Origin: Antedon mediterranea
Taxonomy: Eukaryota > Animalia > Echinodermata
Reading direction: 5' to 3'
Assembly (NCBI RefSeq): GCF_964355755.1
Contig: NC_092672.1
Span: forward strand, 12,896,001-12,960,000
DNA: 64,000 bases
Shown here: piece after piece, positions 13,215 through 23,611 of the stretch
How the letters are laid out: every line of letters starts with the position of its first letter
How positions within the stretch are numbered: the stretch's first letter is position 1
Translations under genes and position numbers: made by a program
The notes under the pieces: generated by a model
What the model saw: the letters and a program-made list of their open reading frames with translations, nothing else
Database searches by the model: none
Told to the model about the DNA's origin: nothing

Positions 13215-14610
13215 ATGGAAACGTTTCAAACAACACTGTGTGTTTACATTTAAGGGCCCACTCGCAACAAAGAGCGAAGTGGAAAAGGTCAATTATATGA
13301 TGACCTACATCGGCGACAAGGGAAGAGAAGTATATGGTACATTCACGTGGGCACGAGCCGAAGGTGATCTACCAGCAGAAAACGAAACGCTCAACGGCGT
13401 GTATGCTAAATTTGATGCATATGTAGCACCTAAAAAGAATACTATAAGGGCTACAGTAAATTTCCACAGAAGGAAACAATTAGAAGGTGAGAGATTTGAT
13501 GATTTTGTCACAGACCTGAGAGTTTTAGTAAAGGACTGTAATTACCAAGAAGAAGATAGAATGTTAAGAGACTCTATTGTCTGCAACGCCCTGCACTCAA
13601 AGGTCAAAGAAAAATGTCTAGATCTTGGCGATGAACTGACCTTAGACAAAGCCATAACCATAGGTCAGAATTATGGAACATCACAAGAAAGTATGAAAGT
13701 AATAATAAACAAAGATGAAGACGCAAAAATACATGAGGTTAGGAAAAGGTCAAACTATAAACAAAGGCCAAAACAGTACAATAAGACGTCAGCAAGAAAC
13801 AATAAATGCACTAAATGCGGCTACGACAACACACATAATAAATGCGCAGCTAAAGGCAAAACGTGTGCTGTATGTCATAAGTTGAACCACTTTGCAGCAG
13901 TCTGCAGAAAGAAGGGTACCAATCCTAAAGGTGCTCACCAAGTGGAAGAACAGTACGCAGAAACCGACAGTGACACTGAAAGTCAGGATGAATATCAGCA
14001 TCTAATCGATGTGATAAATGCTATTGGAAAAACATCTAATAGTGAATTGCATGAAACCGTGATAGTGGATGGAGAGCCAGTGCGCATTCAGATCGACACA
14101 GGAGCAGTGGCAAGCATTATGTCATATAGTTGGGTTAAGAATAAGAAACTCAATCATAAGTTAAAACCAACTAGCTTAAAACTTCAGTCGTATACCAGTC
14201 AAGCCTTAGAAGTGAAGGGTTGTATAACATTACCAACCACATACAAGAAATGTACATTTGACATAATGTATTATGTTGTGAAAACTGATAAAGTACCAAT
14301 CTTATCAGGAGCAGCAAGCAAACAACTGCAGCTGATACAGCGTATAAACAGCATCAATGACTATCCTCAATTAAGAAAGACAACTGGCACACTACCAGGG
14401 AAATATTCACTGAAAATTGACCCTACAGTTAGACCAGTAGTGCACGGTCCAAGGAAACAACCACTTGCCTTACAAAAGCAGATAAAGAATCTGCTCTGAT
14501 CCTAAGGATCTAAACAAAGCAATCAGAAGAGAACACTATCCAATTCCAACTGTAGAAAATAGTAGCTTCAGTAGCAGGGTCAAAGATTTTCTCAGTTATT
14601 GACGCAATAC
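13215..14610 (+). mobile_element. Ty3/Gypsy gag-protease-RT 5' fragment
   Basis: 419-aa ORF with gag (RKQLEGERFDDFVTDLR...LRDSIV), zinc knuckles CTKCG..H..C and CAVCHKLNHFAAVC, and protease IDTGA. After a deletion it continues with RT RICSDPKDLNKAIRREHYPIPT...KIFSVIDA and is then truncated. Confidence 0.92.
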
Positions 14611-17600
14611 AGGTCGAAAACTCAGGTTGATCCCTTTTTTCTTTAAAATTATGGATGAATAAATTCAGTTCAATTTTTGGCAGCCTAACACTTGATTTTA
14701 TTTCACTTACAGAAAACATTGGTTCAGAGAAGAAGAAGAAGAAAACAAATGCAAAAAAGATAATGGACCCTCCAAAGCTTCCCGAACCACCACAATCGAC
14801 AAGTACACCACATGCTGGAAGAAAAAACTTTGATATGGTGGGGCCACCAAATCCAACAACACCATCTACATCACGACATATTGCAACAATAACGTCAATT
14901 ACCCAGAGCACAGATGAAAGTAAGTACAATAAAAAAATAACATTCATACATAAAAACAAGAATTTTAATCCTCAGAAAAGTTCAGAAAAAACATTTTGTT
15001 AATATTTTCTACATTTATTTTTGTTTGGTGATTCATACCAGGCGAATCACCTATTGCTAAAGTTTTTCTTGCCATTATCTAAAATGGGATGGACAGTGAA
15101 TTTTTTAAACTTGGCTAGCACATGAACATAGTACATGCTGTTAAGCGTAACTAAGGTTGTAAAATTAAAAAACAATTTTTCATTCCTAATAATACTGTAC
15201 CATCAATGCAACCTATTTCTACTAATTACCAGCTACTTACAATGTTTATACAGTAATTTAAAAACAACATAAATCAACATACATTTTATGTTCTATTTTG
15301 TCAGCTTTTAAAAAAAAAGTTCTAATGAAGTTAGACACGATAATAGAGAATCAAAGAGAACAGCTTTCATTCTTGCGGCGGCAAGCTGCAAATCACCAAC
15401 CATTGGATTTTGATATGGGAGGACATGTTCCTGCAGCCCTTAGATACAAAAGACGAACTTGATGACCTAGAAGAAAGCTAAAAGGAACAAACTTCAGAAA
15501 GAACATAATATGTTATTGTTATTCTTGTGATTGTAGTTTACAGTAGCTTTTTAAAAGTGTACTCTGCACGTACAATGTATATAAGCTTCATATTTAGTAG
15601 GAGGCCTTGAACCTGTGTAGTCAAACCAACTCAACTACAGCATCTTTGATGATATTATGCTAATGATATTATTTTTTTAAAAAAATTATTAATTAATTTA
15701 TTAGTTATTGTTTGTTCTAGATCAAGTATCTGAGTGTTCTTGGTGGGCCTCAGTAAAGGCATCCATTACAATTATGCTTAGGAAGATCGGATCAAACAAA
15801 TTATAGTCTTCCTATAGCATGAAGGGAAGGAAGGGAAAGAAAAGCTTTAAAAATTATAAGTAAGTATCATTATATTGATTTCCAAAAAAACTAAAACTAT
15901 TTATTTTCATTGTACTGTCTAAATGCAAGGCTGAAAGTATGCATCACTGTACACGCATGGTTTTCTTTTAGAATATTAAAGACCATTTATCTGCAATTTG
16001 TTTATGCTTTGTAAAAATTATGCATATTAATTAAATATGTATTGTCCATAAAAAAACATAAAAATTTAAATTCTTTCACCTAATCGATCAAATTTTTTTT
16101 TCAAAGCGAAAATCTATTTCTTACTCATCAGGGATATTCCCCACAACACGACATGCATGTTGGGCGCAATCAGAATACAGTACATGGAGCACACACATAG
16201 CCTAGCGTATTTTATACATACTCACTGTACCAAGTTATTTTAGTACATTATTATTTACAAAAAATGCAGGTAATGTGTCTTTATAGCCTGCAAGCAGTGC
16301 AATACCTGTTTTATTAGCTGTTGTATAGTTAATCATCTAAGTATAATTTTGAAATATTTTCTTGTTCAATGTGCAGGGTCATGTTTCCAGGTTCACGAAA
16401 AATCGAAGAAGAGCATGATCGAAACAGAAATTAACGTTTCTTAAATGTTAAAACTAACGTTAGATTAACAAAAAAAAGGGTCCACACTTTCACGTCATCC
16501 TAACATTATTTTATAATATTCATATAACGTCATGGAAAAATTCATATAACGTTCTGCAAACATTTTATGTTCTAGTTTGTCAGCTTTAAAAAAAAAAGTT
16601 CTAATGAGGTTGGACACGATAATAGAGAATCAAAGAGAACAGCTTTCATTCTTGCGGCGGCAAGCTGAAAATCACCAACCATTGGATTTTGATATGAGAG
16701 GACATGTTCCTGCAGCCCTTAGATACAAAAGACGAACTTGATGACCTAGAAGAAAGCTAAAAGGAACAAACTTCAGAAAGAACATAATATGTTATTGTTA
16801 TTCTTGTGATTGTAGTTTACAGTAGCTTTTTAAAAGTGTACTCTGCACGTGCAATGTATATAAGCTTCATATTTAGTAGGAGGCCTTGAACCTGTGTAGT
16901 CAAACCAACTCAACTACAGCATCTTTGATGATATGCTAATGATATTATTTTTATAAAAAAATTAATTAATTTATTAGTTATTGTTTGTTCCAGTTCAAGT
17001 ACGGTATCTGAATGTGGTCTTGGTGGGCCTCAGTAAAGGCATCCATTACAATTATGCTTAGGAAGATCGGATCAAACAAATTATAGTCTTCCTATAGCAT
17101 GAAGGGAAGGAAGGGAAAGCAAAGCTTTAAAAATTATAAGTAAGTATCATTATATTGATTTCCAAAAAACTAAAACTATTTATTTTCGTTGTACTGTCTA
17201 AATGCAAGGCTGAAAGTATGCATCACTGTACACTTATGGTTTTCTTTTAGAATATTAAAGACCATTAATATCTGCAATTCGTTTATGCTTTGTAAAAATT
17301 ATGCATATTAATTAAATATGTGTATTGTCCATAAAAAAACATAAAAATTAAAATTCTTTCACCTAATCGATCAAATTTTTTTGTCAAAGCGAAAATCTAT
17401 TTCTTACTCATCAGGGATATTCCCCACAACACGACATGCATGTTGGGCGCAATCAGAATACAGTACATGGAGCACACACATAGCCTAGCGTATTTTATAC
17501 ATACTCACTGTACCAAGTTATTTTTGTACATTATTATTTACAAAAAATGCAGGTAATGTGTCTTTATAGCCTGAAGCAGTGCAATACCTGTTTTATTAGC

Positions 17601-17861
17601 TGTTGTATAGTTAATCATCTAAGTATAATTTTGAAATATTTTCTTGTTCAATGTGCAGGGTCATGTTTCCAGGTTCACAAAAAATCGAAGAAGAACATGA
17701 TCGAAACAGAAATTAACGTTTCTTAAATGTTAAAACTAACGTTAGATTAACAAAAAAAAGGGTCCACACTTTCACGTCATCCTAATATTATTTTATAATA
17801 TTCATATAACGTCATGGAAAAATTCATATAACGTTCTGCAAACGTTATATTGTTTGTTGGG
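14610..17861 (+). mobile_element. 3' part of a CMC/EnSpm-like element: DUF4806 exons, AACGTT repeats, terminus GTTTGTTGGG
   Basis: Exons at ~15721-15859 and ~16995-17139 encode IKYLSVLGG..KASITIMLRKIGSNKL*SSYSMKGRKGK. The terminus reverse-complements to CCCAACAAAC. Confidence 0.55.
15282..17841 (+). repeat. ~1.28-kb head-to-tail tandem duplication
   Basis: Copy 1 (15282-16560) and copy 2 (16561-17841) both start CATTTTATGTTCTA.TTTGTCAGC and end AACGTTCTGCAAA, with scattered SNPs and indels. Confidence 0.95.
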
Positions 17862-17869
17862 AGGCTACT

Positions 17870-18541
17870 TGAACAACACTACAAGACAGAGTTGAAAAGA
17901 AGCTGTTAGTATGTGAACCACATATCTAATTTTATAGCTCCATGACCACATCAATGGAATTATGTGCCAACGGATCAAAATACAGCAGATCATGGAACTA
18001 GATATGTTGACCCATCAAAATTGCAGTCATGTGCTTAGCTCACTGACAAGGGCAATTACTAACTTGAAACATCAAGCATCTTCATTCAGAGCAGGTGAGA
18101 AGATATCACAATGTTATGGGTGGCATATATGCACGCATCATAGATCCATAGACGAATACAGACAAGCTGAAATCATTATTATCAAAGATATGCAAAGACA
18201 GTTCTATGGCAGCGAGATAAACTGCCTGAGAGCAGGAAAGCGTGTCCACAGAAATAGCTCCGTGATAGCCCAGTCACCAATGTTAAATGCTGAAGGTTTG
18301 ATAAAGCGTCTAAACTTCCCTTCATCAAAAAACACCCTACACTAATTCCATGAAATAGCCATGTGGCGAAGCTACTTGTTCATCATTACCACACGAAAAT
18401 ACATCACCAAGGCAGACACTTAACCGAAGGGATGATCAGACAAGCAGGTTATTGGATCACAAGTTGTAAAAAATTAGTGTCCTCAGTGATTTACCGTTGT
18501 GTACTGTGCCGGAAACTTAGAGGAACTTTAGCTGTTCAAAA
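17870..18541 (+). pseudogene. BEL/Pao pol fragment (region before the integrase core, with HHCC zinc finger)
   Basis: AEIIIIKDMQRQFY..EI..L, and HVAKLLVHHYH..IHHQGRHLTEGMIRQAGYWI...CVLCRKLRG..AVQK. Confidence 0.85.
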
Positions 18542-19100
18542 GATTACGTTTTCTCATCATGGTATTCAGCTCTTCCAATGTACATGAAAAATATATTACA
18601 GGTTATGCAAAATAAAGTAGTTCGTTTCATTAGCAATAAGGGACCACGCAGTCATGTTGGCCAGCGTGAATTAGATGAGCTTGGTATGTTAAACGTTGCA
18701 GATCGTGTTATTCAATTAAAACTAAACCATGTATACAAAATATCAAAGTCTACCGGACCAGAATATCTTAATCAGCATTTTATTAACATTTCGGAAAGAC
18801 ATAACTACAATACTAGACAAAGTGAAATAAATTTTGTTAAAACAAAAGTAACCAGCCAAAATAGTAATACATTTTATGTTACTACTATACAAGAATGGAA
18901 TAAACTACCAAATAATATTAAGTCTTCAACTAGTCTACATAGATTTAAACATCAAGTTAAATTACACTTAGCAACCAAATCCAGTTTGCATACTGGGGTA
19001 AATTAAATTAGTATCGCTATTTTAATATTTTACCGTACATATTTTACATATTTAAAATATTTAACTCAATTGTGAAGTATTTTAAAGCTAAGTAGTTTTT
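18542..19100 (+). mobile_element. CR1/L2-clade LINE, 3' end of ORF2
   Basis: DY..SSWYS, LQVMQNKVVRFI, HNYNTRQ and EWNKLPNNIK...FKHQVKLHL, followed by an AT-rich 3' UTR. Confidence 0.85.
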
Positions 19101-19149
19101 TTTTTTATGGGAAGCAGTGGGGAGAATTTTGTTTTAAAGATTAAAGACA

Positions 19150-19400
19150 CGGTAGCTTTCACATGCGTTTGTTATAGCACTAATATTTGACGAGTCTGAC
19201 ATTTCTTTGAGCGTTCTCATTGAATTCCTTCGAATGTATCTATGTGAAATCGATAGGACAGATAATTGATAAAGCCCTCAGTGGAAAAACACTGAATGAA
19301 GAAGAGCAAGAAGATTTCATTGATCTACTTTCAAGGGTAAATTGTCACCACATTCCTAAAGAAGATGAGGTAAAGCCAATAATTATAAGTTTACTAAAAA
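19150..19400 (+). pseudogene. Short coding fragment, possibly HECT (G2E3-like)
   Basis: ...IIDKALSGKTLNEEEQEDFIDLLSRVNCHHIPKEDEVKPII only loosely resembles invertebrate HECT-like proteins. Confidence 0.3.
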
Positions 19401-19496
19401 TAGAGTATGACTCTGAGAATAAGAACATGATGTTTGGTATGATAATTATCTATATTATGTGAAGTATAATAACCTCTATGTGCTTAATATTTTCAG

Positions 19497-19595
19497 TATA
19501 AAAGAACACCTTTGTCTTATGCTGCCCAATATGGTCACAACAGCACATGTATGTGCCTGATCAATGCAGGATCAGACGTGAATATTGCAGACGAG
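19497..19595 (+). pseudogene. Isolated 99-bp ankyrin-repeat exon
   Basis: tttcag|YKRTPLSYAAQYGHNSTCMCLINAGSDVNIADE|gtaagt. Exactly one 33-aa ANK repeat, phase 0-0. Confidence 0.85.
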
Positions 19596-19671
19596 GTAAG
19601 TCATGCACACTTGTATTAAAGTGCCTCAAGTAATTGTATAATTTTAACAAAATATTTAAACTTTTTTTTTG

Positions 19672-20305
19672 AAAGAACTTCACTGGCTGCCGGACATTAA
19701 ATAGTGAAGGTCTGCAGTACCTCCGTGATTTACTGTTCAGGCATTCGCAACAACTCGACCTCTATTGTGCGTCACATAGTTGATGAACATGATTGGATTT
19801 GTGGTTTTGAGTACAGTACATGAAGTGTAGTGGAGTCATCCTCCACTTGAAGCAAACATGACAAAACCCTGGCTAACACCAGAGAGTGATGCCCATAAAG
19901 CACTACAAGATATTGTTACAAATAATTTACTTTTGCGTGACTTGAAGAAGGTGAGTTATGTACACATAAATAGCTTTTCAATATTGTGTGCATTCACTGG
20001 AGGTATTATCATTAGATGTTAAATTGAATAACATTTTTAATTTACTGTATTTCTATTCAGGCAACAGAATTTTGTCACACTGAAAATTTGGAAGGATTCC
20101 ATAACATGATGCTGAAGTACATCCCCAAGCGTAGCAAGTTTGAGCACGATGAAGCAATAGCTCGTACATATCTGGCTGTCGAAATAGACAACAACATGAC
20201 ATCGAACAGATCATATGGAACATTGGCCGATGGTGAAAGTCAATACCGTTTGGAGTGGTCCAAACAATCTAGAATGTATGTGAGGCGTATGAAGGAATCC
20301 ATGGT
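19672..20305 (+). pseudogene. Second decayed Kolobok transposase fragment (C-terminal exons)
   Basis: KPWLTPESDAHKALQDIVTNNLLLRDLKK|gt...ag|ATEFCHTENLEGFHNMMLKYIPKR...ARTYLA. Confidence 0.8.
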
Positions 20306-20404
20306 TAGTTAATTGCTTTTAATCTGAACTCTTCATTATGCAAACATGCAATGAAAGAATTTACAGTACTGTATATACACATTTTTATGTATTTTACTTA
20401 ACAG

Positions 20405-21079
20405 GCAAGAAGTAAGTCTACCTGCCTAGGCCAGTCTGATTTACATCTTCGCCGTCGGCAGTTTGTGATGATTGTGGGACTAAAAGTTTCAGATTTTGCA
20501 AGAAAGCACAAAGCAAAACCAGATGGCATGTCCATTTTGAGTAAAATAGAAAAGAATCTGTGTAATATACTGGAAATGATTGAAATCATTGGAAAAAAGG
20601 GAAGAACACTACCTTTGATATTATCTCAAAATATGAGTGAGCAACTTTCTTTGTTGGTTGATAAAAGGAATGTTGTAGGAGTGGCCCCAGCAAATATATT
20701 TCTGTTTCCCTGTTCAAGTTATCAAAGTCTTGGGCACATCAGAGGAAGTGACTGCCTGCGAAAACATGCAGCGGTTGCATGTCTTAAAAATAACCATTTA
20801 TTACGTTTTACCAAAATGAGGAAACATGTGGCTACATCATCACAGATTTTGTCCTTATCCGAAAATGAACTAAATTTGTTAGCTTCATTTATGGGCCACG
20901 ATTTGCTTGTGCATCGTGCATATTACCAAGTACCTGATAGTGTGCTACGAATAGCAAAGCTCTCAAAGTTATTCCTTTCATTGGAGAAATCTAACTTACC
21001 TGCTCAAAAAGGCAAAAACCTGCAGACAATTGCCATTGATGATCAAACTACTGTATATACTTTTAACTTTAATATATGA
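20405..21079 (+). pseudogene. Tyrosine recombinase (Crypton-like) C-terminal fragment
   Basis: IIGKKGR.LPL, N..LF, RG.DCLRK, TKMRKHVAT and FMGHDLLVHRAYY, which give the catalytic R, H and Y spacing of the phage-integrase fold. Confidence 0.7.
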
Positions 21080-21224
21080 ACTTCTTGAAGAAGAAAGTTA
21101 ATGTTAAGTTTGTTATTTCGGCCTAAGAAAATGTCATTAATGATGACTTAATCATTTTTTTTTCTCCTAATTTCATAATAAATCATACATATGATACATA
21201 CACTTCAAGAAAATGAAATAAAAA

Positions 21225-21730
21225 ATAGGTGTTCCCGAGCATGCTAACGATATATATTAATTAATCTGCGCACTTATGGCAATTTTTAAACGCTTAAAAT
21301 TGCCTGAAACGTACTCTAATTTCATCGAAAATAAATTCTGACAATTTTGAACAGTTTAAGCGCGTGTACGCATGCGTTATATGCGCTACGCACGTAATTG
21401 TATTGCCATATGATGAAATATGACCTGAAATTTATGAGTACCAAATTTTGTTTAAAAATGATTCATGCTTGTGAAGATATGATTACAAACGTGATTTCAT
21501 TAAATCGCGCGTAGACCGCGTAATGTTTGATTGCGCACCGTGAAAACATAACCACATCGATTCCTGGCCATAAGGAATATACTCTGAAAAATTGACTTAG
21601 CTAGATGAAACTGATATCAAGATAATTCACGGACAAAATAGTGCTAAGGAAAGAATAAATAAATAAATAAATAAAGATCCTGACAGAATCAAGAGGTTAT
21701 ATGCATATCATGCATATAACCTAATAACAA
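21225..21730 (+). mobile_element. Short interspersed element with (AAAT)n and a 3' hairpin (HINE/Helentron-like)
   Basis: AATAAAT microsatellite followed by the perfect stem AGGTTATATGCAT-atc-ATGCATATAACCT (21694-21722), then AATAA. Confidence 0.5.
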
Positions 21731-23417
21731 CAACATTGTCTCATAAGCCTCATTCGCACTTGATTAAATTATAGGCAGATTTTACCGAGATCCCGGTAAA
21801 GTTTCCGAAGGTAAAATCTTACCATCATTCGCACTTGGATTGTTCCACTTGGTTAGTTTAACCTCAACTAACAAAACAGCCTAAACAAGTAACTATTGAG
21901 GGCGCAATATTGTGACCTTCATCGTGACCTTTACTTTCACATTGTCAAAAATCGGTGACTACTTCTTCTTCGCACGCAGCTAAAGTAAAATGACGTCATG
22001 TTTGAGTCTGCGCGCATATGATGCAAAAGGAATATTTGTCACCACGTCTCTCTCTTGCGCGCTTATGATTTTACCAAATAAGCGCGTAGCTATACAATCT
22101 TTGATTTTACAAAATGTTTTCAGTGATAAATGATGGTGCGATCGGTGGTACGGAAAATAAAATTATTCTGATATTGTTCCTGATAACAAAGAAGCAGATA
22201 AAATATAGTTGTTTATTTGACTCATTTGGCTTATAGCGGCCTAACTAAAGTAAAATACAGTATATTTGAGTAGTAGTTTATTAATATATTAGTACACTAC
22301 ACACTATCAGGATCCTCCTTCATCGTTATGGCGTGGCATCGTGCAGCATACTATGCTGGGTTAGTGTACATCTGCACGATGCCGGCCACGACGGCTAAGT
22401 ACGCTTCCCACCCACCCTAGCTAGGTATGCACTGCGCTGCCACTAGGCCTACCTAGCCTATTTCGGATCTCATGTCTTCCAACATCTGAAAATACATAAT
22501 GTAATGTACTAATACTGTACATTATTGTTATTATTCTTTATTCGCACTGGAAGTATCTAGGCTTTCCTGTTAAAATTAAATATATTATTTATTATCCTCA
22601 GCAGTGAAAACAATTATATTTTGTTGTATATGCCGTGATTTTAATTATTAAAAACATGATCGTCAGTCGATGGCTCAGGAGTTTCGATGGAAGCCTTTCC
22701 AGATTGCCCATACAAGACATGGGAATCTGTACGGGATAGAATTGAATATCTAAAAAAAAAATACCGTGCCGCCAAAAAATTAAACAATAGCAGCGGACGT
22801 GGACGGACGACATCGCCGTTTTACAACGAGATCGATGAGATTCTTGGTAAGTGATCAAGCTACTTACAAATTGAAAATATGTAATACTACTAGTAATAGG
22901 CCTATATATAGTAATGTTCAGTAATTGTAAAATATGAATTACTTATGTTGCATTCACCGCAGGGAGAAGACCAATGAATAATGTTAAGGCCTACCACCAC
23001 ATGGACGCCGATTTGAGTGGGTCAGATGAAGAGGTTACGGTTCATGTGGGGGAGGTTTCAGAGCCACCAAACCAAGCTGAACCTGGTTCATCAGGGATGG
23101 AGTTAACAGGCCTGGATTCAACAAGCCTGGATGAAGAGAACAGAGGTATGGTCTAACTATTGCTTTTAATTTATATCTAGTTTATTTTGTTCTAAATAAA
23201 AAAAGTATTTAAAATAATTAGAATCAAAAGTTCAAATCTGATCTTTTTATTTGTTTAAAGGGCAAATGCAATGAGAATGTCCAATTTGAAAAAAAACCAA
23301 GATAATATATAGATAAAATTACAAATAATAGCCTGTCAATGATTTTTTTCCCGTTCGAATACGTTAAATATTTTATATAACGGATTTAAATTAACAATTA
23401 TAGCTCAAATATAGCGA

Positions 23418-23482
23418 CTAAGCCCCGCCCCCTTTACAGCCTCGCTTTCGCGTTGCATGTCCGTGACGTCATGTAAGAAACA
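23418..23482 (+). promoter_or_regulatory. GC-box plus CRE cassette upstream of the transposase
   Basis: CTAAGCCCCGCCCCCT, 30 nt spacer, then TGACGTCA-TGT-AAGAAACA. Mirrored at the right end of the element. Confidence 0.6.
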
Positions 23483-23611
23483 CGGTTTGCGCTTGACTTA
23501 CCGATCGTCATTCTTTTCATGCACTGTTTAGCCTGCTACCGCTCTATACTATAGTCTAATTCTCATTGTTAATACAATAATAGCTTTTCACATCACTATT
23601 GTTCGGGAATA

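Noticed and set aside
15975-16400. Additional Kolobok left end (TTAA|AGACCATTTATCTGC)
   Set aside because: No matching right end or TSD was found.
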